64,000 nucleotides of DNA from positions 1,341 through 65,340 of the forward strand of contig JAJYCJ010000005.1 of the NCBI GenBank assembly GCA_021778515.1, read 5' to 3'. Under the pieces are notes generated by a model that had not been told where the DNA came from, searched no databases, and saw only the letters and a list, made by a program, of their open reading frames with translations. Each line of letters starts with the position of its first letter. The stretch's first letter is position 1. The DNA is from Acidobacteriota bacterium (lineage in GTDB: Bacteria; Acidobacteriota; UBA4820; DSQY01). Below, piece after piece: positions 53,943-64,000 of this stretch. The position numbers and the translations under genes are program-made.

Positions 53943-56900
53943 TCACGGCCCCTTGAGCACGAGCTGGCCCGACTCCGCCTCATCGATGGCCCGCAGGAAC
54001 TGGGCGAAGGCTTGGTAATGGTCGGGCCACACGATCTCGTACGGGATCTCCACGCGCCTTTGGATCACCAGCCGGCCTCCCTCCATGCGGCCCTTCAAAA
54101 GGTAGCTGCCGAACGGGGTCTTGAGATCGAGATCCTGCAGTCGGTAGTCCGTGCTGAATCCGGGCGGCAGGACGATGGTTATCTCCTGGTTGATGAAGAC
54201 GGGGCCGCCCGTGGTCAACGGGAGCGTGCGATCTTTCAGGCTTGCGAAGGCCTGCGCCAGGTGCAGCGCCGGCAGCGGGTCGGCCACGGTGAGACGGCCA
54301 CCCACCTCATCGGCGTAGGCTCTTACGAGAAGCCTGTAGTTCCAGTGCAGAGGCTTCAGGATGTCGTCCAGCCCCTCCAGGTGATATTCCTTCAGGTCGA
54401 TGTCCCCGTAGCGCTTGGACAGGGCCACCTGCATGACGCGCTGCCACTGGTCCTTGGCGATCTTGTTGAGGCTGGAGCGAAGGTTTTCGGAGACCTCGGG
54501 GTCCAGGGAGGACAGGTAGTCCAGCTCCATGTCCCCGTTGGGCTGGAGGGTTCTCACCTCGGTCTCTTTGGCCGACTTCCAGGGAGAGAAGTCCGCGGGA
54601 ATGGTCACGCGCTTCCAAGGCTCGTCGGAGGTGATGTCCAGCGCCCGGGCCCCCTGGAGGTACCAAGGGAGGACGTCGGGAGCCCTGAAGGGGCTGGAGA
54701 GCACCATGTACCGGGGCGGTGCTCCCTTGAGATCCACCTCCAGGACGGGATAGCCGAACTGTCCGAGGCGCGGCAGGTTGTCCCCCGCCCGGTCCGGCAC
54801 GGCCTCGGCTATGAGCACGCGGAAGGGAATCCCCGCCAGCCGGAGGAATGCGCACATCACGGGCAGGCGGCTCCCCTGTCGGGTCAGCAGGGTCTGCGTC
54901 GGGTCCTGCCACGAGGTCTGATTCTCGCCGTCGATCGCCTGGAGGACGTACTTCACCATGCGGCCGAGCTTCTGCTCGGGGGTGGACGCGTCGCCCACGG
55001 CCTCCCTGTATCGCTGCTCCAATTCGGGGGTCACTTGAAAGGCGCCGGTGATTCCGTCCTTGAGGAAGAGCCCCACGTCCTTCCAGTCGATGCCTCCCAC
55101 CGCCTCCACCATGGGCAGGAAGAGCATGCGGTTGGGCGTGTCGGGCTCGCGCGGCGCCCGCGGCATGTCCCGATAATCCCAGTCCCTGTAGAGGAGGTTC
55201 CCGACGGTTCCCGAAGTCCCCGGCGAAGGCAGGTGCTTCTCAGCGAACTGCATGGGGATGGACTTGGGGTACTCGATGAACCACTGGGTCCTGTGGAACG
55301 GCTTGTCGATGTCTTGGAACAGCCACACCTGGGAGGTGACGTAGGCGTTCTTCTTGACGAAAGTGGGTGGCTTCAGGGTGATGTACTCGTACTCCACCAG
55401 GTCGCCCGGTTCGAGCCCCTGAAGGCTGATGGTGCTCTTGTCGGGGATCTGCTCGGGCTCCAGGATCCTGCCGTCGGGCTTGATGGTGCGTATGGAGAGG
55501 ATCACCTGCCCCGGAAGCGACTGCTCGCCCTCCCGGTCCACCCCCTCCTTGTCGTTGATCCTGAGGATGCCGTGGTAGCGCTCGAGGGAGGAGCCGTCCG
55601 GTTCGACCCGCGTGAACATCTGGTCCAGGAGCATGGATGAGGGCGCCTTGTCCGGCGCGGAAGACTTGTCCTCCTTGAGGACCTGCTCCAGGGAGACGTG
55701 CTTGTCCTGGAACGGCCACGGCTGGCCGAGGGCCATGCGCGCAAGGTCCACCTGGAAGGCGTCGGGCTTGGCCTTCTTCAACTCCTCCCACACCTTGAAC
55801 CCCGCCGCGCGATCTCCCATGAGGAAATCGCACCGCGCGAGCTGCAAAGCCACGTCCACGTCCGATCGGTCCAGGGCCAGGAGCCCATCCAGACGGGTTT
55901 TCGCGGCCGCGTACCGGCCCAGACGCACGTCCACGCCGGCCAGCCTGTAGTCGAACTGGCGGTCGCGGTCCCCGAAGCGCTTGGCCTCCTCCAGCAGGAG
56001 CGCGTGGAGCTGGGGCCACTGCCGGGTGCCCGAGTAGAACTCCTCGAGCTCGGGGTCGGCGTCGCGCAGCTTTTCCAGCCGGCGGATCGCCTCCATCTGT
56101 CCCCTGGGATCCGGGAGCTGCTGGAAATAGGAGATCCACGCCGTCTCGACGCTCTCGCATTCGGGATGGTAGGAGGAGGCCTCCTCCAGGACCTTGCGTG
56201 CATCCACGATCCAGCCGCGCCCTTCGAGTCTCTGTGCGAGGGCAACGAACCACCGGGGATCGGTGGGCGCGTCGTGCACGAGCTTCCGCAAGGCGATCAG
56301 GTCGTCGTCCGAATCTGAGTTCGCCCCCTGAAGGACGGCCTTGAAGTAGGTCGCCATGGGGGTGTTCGGCGCAAGCTCCAGGCACCGGTCCACGAACCGT
56401 TCGGCCCTGCTCTGCGCGATCTTCTGCGGAAGGTCGTCGGCTTCGAGCAGGTAGAAGCGGGCCGCCAGCAAGTTCCACAGGAAGCACTTGGGGGCCTGGT
56501 CGGCGGCCGCCTCCATGGTGAGGCGCCCGCTGGCCACGTCGCCCTGCCACCGCTGCCAGAGCGACAGGAATGCCTGGCGGCGGGGATCGTCCTTGGGGAA
56601 GGCGGCCGGGAAGGCACCCTGCCAGTCCCCTTCGTCCTTGAATCCCGCCGTCGGACCCGCGGGGGGCTGGGCTCCCTGCGGCACCACGATGGCGAGCGGG
56701 TCGCCCTCCGCGTCGAGGAGCGCCAGGTGGATCCCCTGGTCGCCGCCCGTGGCGTGGACCTTGATGAGCAGCCGGTGCGCCCCGGCAGAGAGGGCCACAC
56801 GGCGCACCACCGTCGGATTCTCCTGAATGTTGAACACGTCCTTGGTCAGCAGGACCTTGTCGTCCAGGATCACGCGGAAGCTCTTGGAGGCGTTGAAGTA

Positions 56901-57620
56901 GAGCAGCGCCTCCTGGGGCTTGTCCACGGTGAACGGCACGAGAATGTAATAGTTGGATTCCCGGTTGCGCACCGTGGCGTACAGGGGCGGGCGGACGTCG
57001 ACCGTGCGGAAGGTGGTCCGCGTCCACTTCTCCGAATCGAGCTTGCCCTGCTCCGCAGGAGAGGCCTTGTAGAAGTCGATCCGGCTCAGCGTCGTTTCAG
57101 GGCGGGAGTAGTAGGCCGCCGAAACGAATCCGGACTCGGCCATGGCCTTCTTACTCGACTCCGGATCGCCCGAGCGGGCGGCGAGCTGGAAGCCCAGCCA
57201 GCGCAGGTTGAACCGCACCAGCGGGTCCAATCCCTTCTCCTCGGCCAACTGCGGGATGGAGTCCCTCACGAGGCGGGTGCTGGCCTGGTCGAAGGTGGCG
57301 TCGTCGCTGATGAAATCCTGGAGCAGGAAAGTCAAGGGGCTGGAGGGGGCGTTGCGGAGCCCCTCAACCGCCGTCACGAGAGACTTTTCACGCTCTCCCT
57401 TGGCCTCCTCCAGGAGGGCCAGGGCGTAGCTGGTCGAAGCATCGCTGTGGTCACGCTCCAGGTCCCTCCTCAGGGCCGCCTCCGCCTCGGCGGGGCTCTT
57501 CCCCTCCAGCAGAGCCTGCCACCCGGGGGTCAGTCCGGAGCCCCAGACGGCCGGGGAGAGAGAGATCCCGATGGTCAGTGCGACGGCCCAGAAGCTCGGA
57601 CGGATGTTGCGGCGCGTCAT
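53943..57620 (-). CDS. Large secreted TPR / DUF3857 / transglutaminase-like protein (catalytic Cys apparently absent)
   Basis: Signal peptide, TPR helices, LEPGDLVEYEY, RQGSR in place of GDC, C-terminal TPFGSY..YQAFAQF. Confidence 0.78.
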   Translation of the reverse strand: MTRRNIRPSFWAVALTIGISLSPAVWGSGLTPGWQALLEGKSPAEAEAALRRDLERDHSDASTSYALALLEEAKGEREKSLVTAVEGLRNAPSSPLTFLLQDFISDDATFDQASTRLVRDSIPQLAEEKGLDPLVRFNLRWLGFQLAARSGDPESSKKAMAESGFVSAAYYSRPETTLSRIDFYKASPAEQGKLDSEKWTRTTFRTVDVRPPLYATVRNRESNYYILVPFTVDKPQEALLYFNASKSFRVILDDKVLLTKDVFNIQENPTVVRRVALSAGAHRLLIKVHATGGDQGIHLALLDAEGDPLAIVVPQGAQPPAGPTAGFKDEGDWQGAFPAAFPKDDPRRQAFLSLWQRWQGDVASGRLTMEAAADQAPKCFLWNLLAARFYLLEADDLPQKIAQSRAERFVDRCLELAPNTPMATYFKAVLQGANSDSDDDLIALRKLVHDAPTDPRWFVALAQRLEGRGWIVDARKVLEEASSYHPECESVETAWISYFQQLPDPRGQMEAIRRLEKLRDADPELEEFYSGTRQWPQLHALLLEEAKRFGDRDRQFDYRLAGVDVRLGRYAAAKTRLDGLLALDRSDVDVALQLARCDFLMGDRAAGFKVWEELKKAKPDAFQVDLARMALGQPWPFQDKHVSLEQVLKEDKSSAPDKAPSSMLLDQMFTRVEPDGSSLERYHGILRINDKEGVDREGEQSLPGQVILSIRTIKPDGRILEPEQIPDKSTISLQGLEPGDLVEYEYITLKPPTFVKKNAYVTSQVWLFQDIDKPFHRTQWFIEYPKSIPMQFAEKHLPSPGTSGTVGNLLYRDWDYRDMPRAPREPDTPNRMLFLPMVEAVGGIDWKDVGLFLKDGITGAFQVTPELEQRYREAVGDASTPEQKLGRMVKYVLQAIDGENQTSWQDPTQTLLTRQGSRLPVMCAFLRLAGIPFRVLIAEAVPDRAGDNLPRLGQFGYPVLEVDLKGAPPRYMVLSSPFRAPDVLPWYLQGARALDITSDEPWKRVTIPADFSPWKSAKETEVRTLQPNGDMELDYLSSLDPEVSENLRSSLNKIAKDQWQRVMQVALSKRYGDIDLKEYHLEGLDDILKPLHWNYRLLVRAYADEVGGRLTVADPLPALHLAQAFASLKDRTLPLTTGGPVFINQEITIVLPPGFSTDYRLQDLDLKTPFGSYLLKGRMEGGRLVIQRRVEIPYEIVWPDHYQAFAQFLRAIDEAESGQLVLKGP

Positions 57621-60600
57621 GGCTTACCTCCAGCCAGCTGAACCCGCAAGCGCTCTCCCGCGGCCTTGTCGGCCGCCTGGCAGAAGGCCCTGAAAGCCGG
57701 ATAGTCCTGGGGGCTCACCTCGCGGACGCCGAGTTCCACCGTAAGTTTCACCGACACCTGCCTCTCTCCCCCGCTGAAGGTCCTGGTGACCGACCCGAAG
57801 GGCGTATGGATGGACACCGGTGCCATGGCCTTGGCGGTGGCTCCTCGAGGCAGCGTGAAGGTGACGTCGTACTCCTGCACCCAGGGGTAGTCGATCTCGA
57901 GCGGATAGTGCCGCTGGGCCAACGCGGCGAAGCCGGCGAAGAGATTGAGCTGGCCCATCCAAACCGGAAGCGAGACCTCGTGCTCCCCGTCGGGGCTGAC
58001 CACCTGGCCCAGCGTGCCATCGAAGGAGAAGGTGACGGGCGAGGAGAGGTCCGCCAGGTCGCTCGCGGTGGCGCTCGAAAGGTGCGTCCCCGGAAAGGCG
58101 CCCGAGATGTCCTTTTCGAGCTGCTCCCTCAGCTTGTCCTTGTCCTGAAAGCGCCGCCGGAGCCAGGCGCACTGCTGGCCGATCACGGTGACCGCGCCCC
58201 GCGCCTCGGCCGAGGTTCCCGAGGCCGGGACCTCCACCCGGTAGACGGCACGGTATTGATTGTCGGCCGCCTTGTCCACGGGCGTCTCCATCCGCTTGGT
58301 GCGGCCGTCGGGCCATACGAGCTGCACCCAGACGCCCTGATCCTGGTAGGGCAGCTCGTGGAGACCCGAGTACTCCGCGGTCCCATCCAGAAAGAGGTTC
58401 AGCTCAGGCACGTAGGTGATGGCGTGGTTGAAGATCGCCAGGGACGCCGGCGTCGGGTAGATGCTCCCCAGGTCCCGCGTCCGGACGAGCACCATGCAGG
58501 CGTCCAATCCGGCCTGGCGGAGCATGGCCGCCGTCAGAATGGCCTTGTCCTTGCAGTCGCCGAACCGACGCTCGAAGATCTGGCCCACCTTGTACGGACG
58601 GAACCCGTGGACCCCGAACTCCAGGCCAACGTAGTGCGTCTGCTGGACCACCCAGCGGTGGATGGCCGACACCTTGGCCTCCGTGGTGGTGGCGCCCTGA
58701 ATCAGCTCGGCCACCTTGGCCTTCACCTCGGGCGTCACCTGCCACTGGTCGCTGATGAACTTGGCGTACCAGGCCCCCATCGCGTCCCAATCCTGGAAGG
58801 TGGAAACGTGGAGGTAGGGAAGGACGTCCGTGAAGCCAGGCATGTCCGGCTCCTGCTCCACCTGCGGGATGTCCCGCACCACCCACCGGTAGATCTTCTC
58901 CGAACTGCGGGTCACGACAATGGGCTCGGTGCTCAGCCGCTCGGCATGAACGTAGAGGGGCAGGTCGGACGGCATGATCAGGGTGTACTGCTTCAGGAGG
59001 ATGGGGCTCTGCCCGGCGAAGGTCTCGATGTCGCCGAAGTACCGTCCGTACTCGTTGCGCTCGCCGATGTCCGAGATCTTGTATTCGATCCAGAGGCGGT
59101 CGCCGGCGCTGAGCGAAGGGAAGGAGAGCACCATGTTCCGATTGCGGTAGTAGAGGCGGTACCGGGGATCGGAGAGCGCGTCCGTCACCATGACGTCGGC
59201 GTGAACCTTCGTCCCGTCGGGCTTCAGGATGGAGGCATCCAGGATGCGCACCTCCTGCCGGTCGGGGTCGAAGGTGATGGGCCAGGTCTGAAGCTGCTGC
59301 GCGGCCGCAGGCTGGAGGACCTGTATCACCATCTGCACGTAGCGGCTCGACAGTCCGCTGGGCTGGACCTTGATGGCCGTGTTGTCCAGCAGCACCACCG
59401 CCTGCTGCCCGGAGAAGGTGCCTAGGGCCGTGGGAAGGTCCTTCGGCTCAACCCTGTACTGGCTCTCGAACCCCTCCCCCTGCGGGCTCAAAAAGGACAC
59501 CTTTCGCTTGACGGATTCCATTTGCGGTCGCAGGGTCAGCGCTGCCTGGTACTCGGCGAGCGCCTTGGAGGAGTCGCCCAGGGCCCTCAGCAGATCGCCC
59601 TGCAGGTCATGCCCCTCGGGCCAGTCGGGGCACCATTTCAAGGCGGCGGCTACCAGTCCTTCGGCCTCCTTCGGCTGGTTCTGCGCGAGAAGGTAGGAGG
59701 CATGCCGGTAGATCAGCATGCGGTCCAGGGGGAACCGGGCCTCCATCTGGGTGAAGAGTTCGAGAACCCGGCCGGTGTGTCCCGTTCGGACCTCATCGGC
59801 GATGGCATCGTACCAGGCGCCCGTGTCTTCTTGATGGGTCTCGCGGTAACGCTCCATCGTCTCGGTTTCCTGCGCCGGGTCGCCCAGCTTTCTGAGGGAG
59901 GCCAGGTAGGCCAGCTGGACCACGGCGCAGCCCGGATGGGCCGAATAGAGCGCCTGAAGATCGGCGTCGCCGATGCCTTCGCTGGCGAACTGTAGCCGGA
60001 CCTGGCACTGCAAGGCCCTGGTGGGCAGACAGTCGGGTTCGGCCGCCACGGCGCGGTCGAGGTACTGGAGGGCAGGAAAGGGCATGCCCCGATCCAGGTA
60101 GTGGCGGGCCATCCGCTCCAGGGCCAGGGGGTTCTTGGGAGCGACGTCCAGGGCCTTCTGGTAATCGGCCCTGCGCTTGTTGTGATCCCGTTCGGCATCT
60201 CCCAGCACCAGCCAGGGAACGGGGTCGCTTGAGGAGGCCTCGGCAGCCTTGCGCAGGATCTCCAGGTGGGAGGTATCGCCTCGGTCGAACGTCCTCATGG
60301 CCAGGAGGTACTGGCCGTAGTCTTCCAGGCTTCCGGCATCGGGGTGAGATTCCGAACGGGCCTTCAGCGCCTCGCCCGGATCGTTCACCTCCATGCCCTT
60401 GGGAGGCAGACCGTTCTTGGCCAGGACCTTGTCCAGCGGCTCCTTCACCGCCGCCGGGTCGGAGGTCGAGGTCCATCCGGAGAGCGGCCGCCCCTTTTCA
60501 TCCGTGAGGCGAAGCTCGAAGTTCCATCCCCCGTCGCTGTTGCAGACCTTCACGAGCAAGGCATTCCAGCCCTTGCGAAGGGTGCACCCGTCGGCGAATT

Positions 60601-61282
60601 GGTCAAAGGCCCTTCCGTTGTATCGCTTCCGGCTGGCGACCAGGTCGCCGTCGACCCACAGCTTGTAGGCCTCGTTGTAGCCGCCCCGCAAGACGCACGG
60701 CGTGTCCTTCGGCACTCTGATGAAGGTGAGGGCGTAGCCCGCCACGTTTTCCGTGGGGTCCATGACCTGGTCCAGGGGGACTACGCCGTTCACCAGCCGC
60801 TCGGGGACGGCCCTCCAGCTCACGGGGTGGGACTTGGCCACGTAGGAGGCCCCCATGTCGAGCTTGGTCTCGGGGGGATAGACGGCGTCGAAGCCCTGCT
60901 TGTTCTCGTCGTCGAAGGGGCCGATGACCCGCCAGGAGAGGACGTAGCCCATCTGCGCCTCCAGGCGTTGCGCCTCCTGGACCTTCCCGAGGTCGCGGTC
61001 CTGCCGGGCGAGAAGGTGCGCCACCTGGGCTTTCACCTCCGGCGCCGCATCGGGGGCATTCAGGACCTGCTGGAGCGCTTTTTCGAAGGCCGCCGGCGAA
61101 TCCGTCGCATCCAGGTACCCATAGGCGCGATAGAGGGCCACGATGGCCCGGGCCTGGCCTCGCCAGGCCCACAGGTCCGCCAGGGCGGCCCGCTGGAGGT
61201 CTTGAACGGTGTCGGCTCGGGCGACCAATCCCAGCGCGAGCGCGACGAGAAAAAGGACGGAGACGCGACGACGGCGCATCAA
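57617..61282 (-). CDS. Large secreted TPR / DUF3857 / transglutaminase protein
   Basis: Signal peptide, WRVIGPF, TPRs, HYVGLEFG, RFGDCKDKA, FNHAI, FLDGT. Confidence 0.85.
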   Translation of the reverse strand: MMRRRRVSVLFLVALALGLVARADTVQDLQRAALADLWAWRGQARAIVALYRAYGYLDATDSPAAFEKALQQVLNAPDAAPEVKAQVAHLLARQDRDLGKVQEAQRLEAQMGYVLSWRVIGPFDDENKQGFDAVYPPETKLDMGASYVAKSHPVSWRAVPERLVNGVVPLDQVMDPTENVAGYALTFIRVPKDTPCVLRGGYNEAYKLWVDGDLVASRKRYNGRAFDQFADGCTLRKGWNALLVKVCNSDGGWNFELRLTDEKGRPLSGWTSTSDPAAVKEPLDKVLAKNGLPPKGMEVNDPGEALKARSESHPDAGSLEDYGQYLLAMRTFDRGDTSHLEILRKAAEASSSDPVPWLVLGDAERDHNKRRADYQKALDVAPKNPLALERMARHYLDRGMPFPALQYLDRAVAAEPDCLPTRALQCQVRLQFASEGIGDADLQALYSAHPGCAVVQLAYLASLRKLGDPAQETETMERYRETHQEDTGAWYDAIADEVRTGHTGRVLELFTQMEARFPLDRMLIYRHASYLLAQNQPKEAEGLVAAALKWCPDWPEGHDLQGDLLRALGDSSKALAEYQAALTLRPQMESVKRKVSFLSPQGEGFESQYRVEPKDLPTALGTFSGQQAVVLLDNTAIKVQPSGLSSRYVQMVIQVLQPAAAQQLQTWPITFDPDRQEVRILDASILKPDGTKVHADVMVTDALSDPRYRLYYRNRNMVLSFPSLSAGDRLWIEYKISDIGERNEYGRYFGDIETFAGQSPILLKQYTLIMPSDLPLYVHAERLSTEPIVVTRSSEKIYRWVVRDIPQVEQEPDMPGFTDVLPYLHVSTFQDWDAMGAWYAKFISDQWQVTPEVKAKVAELIQGATTTEAKVSAIHRWVVQQTHYVGLEFGVHGFRPYKVGQIFERRFGDCKDKAILTAAMLRQAGLDACMVLVRTRDLGSIYPTPASLAIFNHAITYVPELNLFLDGTAEYSGLHELPYQDQGVWVQLVWPDGRTKRMETPVDKAADNQYRAVYRVEVPASGTSAEARGAVTVIGQQCAWLRRRFQDKDKLREQLEKDISGAFPGTHLSSATASDLADLSSPVTFSFDGTLGQVVSPDGEHEVSLPVWMGQLNLFAGFAALAQRHYPLEIDYPWVQEYDVTFTLPRGATAKAMAPVSIHTPFGSVTRTFSGGERQVSVKLTVELGVREVSPQDYPAFRAFCQAADKAAGERLRVQLAGGKP

Positions 61283-62148
61283 ACACCCCTCAAATAGGCG
61301 GGCCGCAGCGGGAGCGACCCACGCTCGGCGGCCCTGATGGCGGAGAGAATCTTGAGTGTGTCACGCGAGAGACGGCCGCCTATGGGAAGCGGGTTGGACG
61401 CGTGATTGGCCCTGAATACCGTGTCTTTGAGATCCAGCGCCCCCACCAGCAGCCCCAGTTCGCGGATGAGGGCGAGATCGCCGGGCAGCGAGAACGCCGA
61501 GGCGGCCATCTGACGGAATAGCGGCGCCTCGGGAACGGGGAACCACGCCAGCACGGAGAGGTAGTGGGGTTGAATGGCGTTCACCGCGCGGGCCGTCGCC
61601 AGGGCGTGTTCCTCCGATCCCTCGCTCCCGCCCAGCCCCAGCAGAACCATCACCGAGGAGCGCAGCCCGGCATCCTGTCCGCGGCGAATGGCCTCCACCG
61701 CAGATGCGGCATCGATCCCCTTGGCCGCGCGGCGGAGCACCGCATCGCTCCCCGATTCCAGCCCTACGTAGAAGAGGGTCAACCCCGCGCCCGCAAGCGC
61801 CCTCAGCTCCTCCGGAACCTTGGACAGGAGGTTCAGGGGCGTGGCGTAGAGGCTCACCCGCCTCAGCTTCGGGAAGGCCGCGGAGAGAGAGCGCAGGATC
61901 TCCATCAGGTGCTCGGTGGGCGCCGCCAGGGCGTCCCCGTCCGCCAGGAAGACCCTCGCCGTCTCGGGCCAGAGACGTCCTGCTTCGGCGATTTCATCCA
62001 GCATCTCGTCCAGGGGCCGTACCTCGAAGCGCTTGTTGCGGTACATGGCGCAGAAGGTGCACGTGTTGTGGGAGCAGCCGACGGTGGCCTGGAAAATAAG
62101 GCTGTCGGCCTCGGAGGGGGGTCTGAAGACCGGTTCTTGGTAGCGCAT
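61279..62148 (-). CDS. Radical SAM protein
   Basis: YQEPVFRPPSEA, CSHNTCTFC, FLADGDAL, YVGLESG, FRANHASN. Confidence 0.9.
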   Translation of the reverse strand: MRYQEPVFRPPSEADSLIFQATVGCSHNTCTFCAMYRNKRFEVRPLDEMLDEIAEAGRLWPETARVFLADGDALAAPTEHLMEILRSLSAAFPKLRRVSLYATPLNLLSKVPEELRALAGAGLTLFYVGLESGSDAVLRRAAKGIDAASAVEAIRRGQDAGLRSSVMVLLGLGGSEGSEEHALATARAVNAIQPHYLSVLAWFPVPEAPLFRQMAASAFSLPGDLALIRELGLLVGALDLKDTVFRANHASNPLPIGGRLSRDTLKILSAIRAAERGSLPLRPAYLRGV

Positions 62149-62194
62149 CGTCCCTCGGCGACAGCTCGTAGTGTAGCCCCCCTCCCCCGGGCGG

Positions 62195-62857
62195 TCAAAC
62201 CTCCGCCGGAAGGCGGACGTCGGGCGGGCGCACATAAGTGGGGAGGAGCCTCGCGGTGGGCTCGCCCGAAGCCATGGCGGCGAGCGCCACCCGGGCGGCG
62301 GGTACGGCGAGGTTCGGGACTTCGCCGATGAGCCGGCACTCCCCAGGCCAACCTCGCACCAGCGCCACCCCGTCTCCTGCCGCCCACGTCGGCGACGGCA
62401 TCTCATCGAGTACCCGTTCCGCCGCCAGCGCCCCTGGCTCCCCCAGGGACATCACGTCCCCCTCTCTCCTGAGAAACCGCTGGCAGTAAACCTGGGAGCG
62501 GCGCGCATCCATGACCGCCAGCCCGGCCCCCTCGGCCTGCACGGCGAGGGCGATGGCCCTGAGGCTCTGAAGGCCGTACGCCGGAATGGAGAGGGCGCGG
62601 GAGAGGCCCAGGGCGGAGGCCAGGCCGATGCGCAGGCCGGTAAAGGAGCCGGGGCCCGTGACGGCACCGATGGCGCACAGATCCCCCCGCCCGGCTCCGC
62701 AGCCGGCGAGAAGGGATTCGAGGGCCGGGACGAGCCGCGTGGCATGGGTCGCGGTGGCCTCTTCGCGGGCCGCGACCACCGCCCCGCCCTCATCCACGAG
62801 GGCGAGGCCGAGCCTGCGGGTACTCGTATCCACTCCCAGCGCAAACCTTGGGTTCAC
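62195..62857 (-). CDS. tsaB: tRNA threonylcarbamoyladenosine biosynthesis protein TsaB
   Basis: LGVDTST, H...L.P, GPGSFTGLRIG, DARRSQVY, PTYVR. Confidence 0.93.
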   Translation of the reverse strand: MNPRFALGVDTSTRRLGLALVDEGGAVVAAREEATATHATRLVPALESLLAGCGAGRGDLCAIGAVTGPGSFTGLRIGLASALGLSRALSIPAYGLQSLRAIALAVQAEGAGLAVMDARRSQVYCQRFLRREGDVMSLGEPGALAAERVLDEMPSPTWAAGDGVALVRGWPGECRLIGEVPNLAVPAARVALAAMASGEPTARLLPTYVRPPDVRLPAEV

Positions 62858-62893
62858 TGCAACACCCCTTCCGGCGACACTCTCCGCCAGATC

Positions 62894-62926
62894 AAAACGA
62901 AAAGGGGGCCTGACCAGCAGGCCCCC
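62894..62926 (-). terminator. Intrinsic terminator
   Basis: GGGGGCCTG/CAGGCCCCC 9-bp stem followed on the minus strand by TTTTCGTTTT. Confidence 0.8.
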
Positions 62927-62950
62927 ACCATTCTACCCTTTCGGGCCTTT

Positions 62951-63325
62951 TCAGTTGAACATCTGGGCGATCTTGGAAATGCCGGGCATCTCCCACTTCT
63001 GGCCGCCGAACGCCTTCACCCAGCCCATGATCATCATGACCAGGACCAAAATCCACCACACGCAGAGGATCAGTCCCACCAGGATGTTCAGGAACGGGAT
63101 GAACATGCCCACCATGCCGCAGATCCAGACGATCACGGCCACGATGGTCAGCCCGAGACCCTGACGCGAGTGCCAGTAGACGTACTCCTTCTGGGGATCG
63201 GAACGCTTATCCCGATACATGAAAAAGGGGATCAGCGAAAAGATCCCGAAGTACGCCAAGAAGAGGAAAATCTTGTCGTCGTCGGCATAGGGTTTCCCGC
63301 CACCCACAGACCCGGTTTCGCTCAT
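62951..63325 (-). CDS. DUF4870-like small membrane protein
   Basis: LAY..IP, YWHSRQGL, three TM helices, KAFGGQKWEMP. Confidence 0.8.
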   Translation of the reverse strand: MSETGSVGGGKPYADDDKIFLFLAYFGIFSLIPFFMYRDKRSDPQKEYVYWHSRQGLGLTIVAVIVWICGMVGMFIPFLNILVGLILCVWWILVLVMMIMGWVKAFGGQKWEMPGISKIAQMFN

Positions 63326-63414
63326 GCACGGCCTCCCTTGTTTTCCTGCCACCCATTATACCCAACGCCCTGCAAAACGCAACACACCCCCCCCGCAAGG
63401 TCGTCGAAAGCCCC

Positions 63415-64000
63415 CTACACCTCCTGGAAAATGAAGGGCCTCAGACAGTCCATGCGCTTCTCGTAGTCCTCCGGGTTCAGGAGCCACGTGGCCGCCGCCA
63501 CGCTGGACAGGAGGGAGTTGCCATCCTGGGGCGTGTAGCAGAAGCCGGTGATCTCGGTGCCCCTGTGGACCGCCAGGGAGTGGACGGGAAGCACGGTCTG
63601 GCTGAGGATCCGCCCGAAGTGGCCGTGGTCCCTCCCGAAGGAGAAGACCATGTTGGCCGATTTCTTGTAGGTCACCGCCACCCGCCGGTTTTCATCCACG
63701 GCGGCCAGGAGCTTCTCGCGGGTGACCGGCTTCCTCACCCTGAGCTGAAACCAGATGATGTGCATGTACTGCGTGTTCAGCTTGATGGCGGAGGAGAAGA
63801 GATCCAGGTCGAGGTCGAGGGTCTTGAAGAGGTGCCAGGCGTCCCGGGCGTGGTGGGTGCCGAAATCGGGGTCCTCGTGCTTCCCAGCCTGGGGCGAGGG
63901 CACGTAGGAGGAGTCCTGGCTGATGTCGTTGGCCCTCCGCATGCAGACGAAACGTCCCTCCACCAGGTTCTGCGGGCTGTTCCCGTTGTCCATCCCCAGG
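63415..64000 (-). CDS. Type II (archaeal-like) glyceraldehyde-3-phosphate dehydrogenase-like protein, C-terminal part
   Basis: MRRANDISQ, GTHHARDA, TQYMH resemble the archaeal GAPDH RRxxD / HHxxD / TxMH motifs; the 5' end is outside the window. Confidence 0.6.
   Translation of the reverse strand, partial: LGMDNGNSPQNLVEGRFVCMRRANDISQDSSYVPSPQAGKHEDPDFGTHHARDAWHLFKTLDLDLDLFSSAIKLNTQYMHIIWFQLRVRKPVTREKLLAAVDENRRVAVTYKKSANMVFSFGRDHGHFGRILSQTVLPVHSLAVHRGTEITGFCYTPQDGNSLLSSVAAATWLLNPEDYEKRMDCLRPFIFQEV

Noticed and set aside
10602..59425. Many long antisense or alternative-frame ORFs (e.g. 10602-12938, 16767-18926, 23418-25937, 29053-31668, 37627-39591, 57578-59425)
   Set aside because: These are expected in high-GC DNA; they have no motifs and overlap well-supported genes.

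Overview
A GC-rich bacterial chromosomal window; gene content suggests Acidobacteriota, but that is inference only. Most of it is housekeeping and envelope genes: lnt, recG, an acyl-CoA ligase, mpl, tolB, recN, tatA/tatC, larE, pgsA, tRNA-Arg(CCT), dapF, a MacAB-like ABC exporter, cheD, thiolase/crotonase and tsaB. There is no CRISPR array, rRNA, prophage or transposase gene. The stand-out region is 15.0-26.8 kb. It holds a 1904-aa secreted SBBP/PKD/alpha-beta-hydrolase protein and a 25-aa peptide ORF that the ORF track shows only as the tail of a longer ORF. These two share an 11-residue motif (PAGGVIWGTTN / PSGGVVWGTTS) conserved at the protein level rather than the DNA level. The peptide has a strong RBS and a TTGACA promoter with a G9 tract in its spacer. 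It converges on a soluble-adenylyl-cyclase-like tandem-cyclase/STAND/TPR gene whose TPR end has a different base composition. Together these suggest an undescribed peptide-ligand/NLR-like cyclase system. A GIY-YIG gene flanked by two ~150-bp structured palindromic direct repeats sits inside this locus. At 35.7-36.8 kb there are three copies of a MITE with 5-bp target duplications: one is nested in another, and one is inserted on the dapF start codon. Other oddities are a lone PduS-PduT microcompartment pair, three tandem zinc-ribbon paralogues, and an active/inactive transglutaminase-TPR pair.
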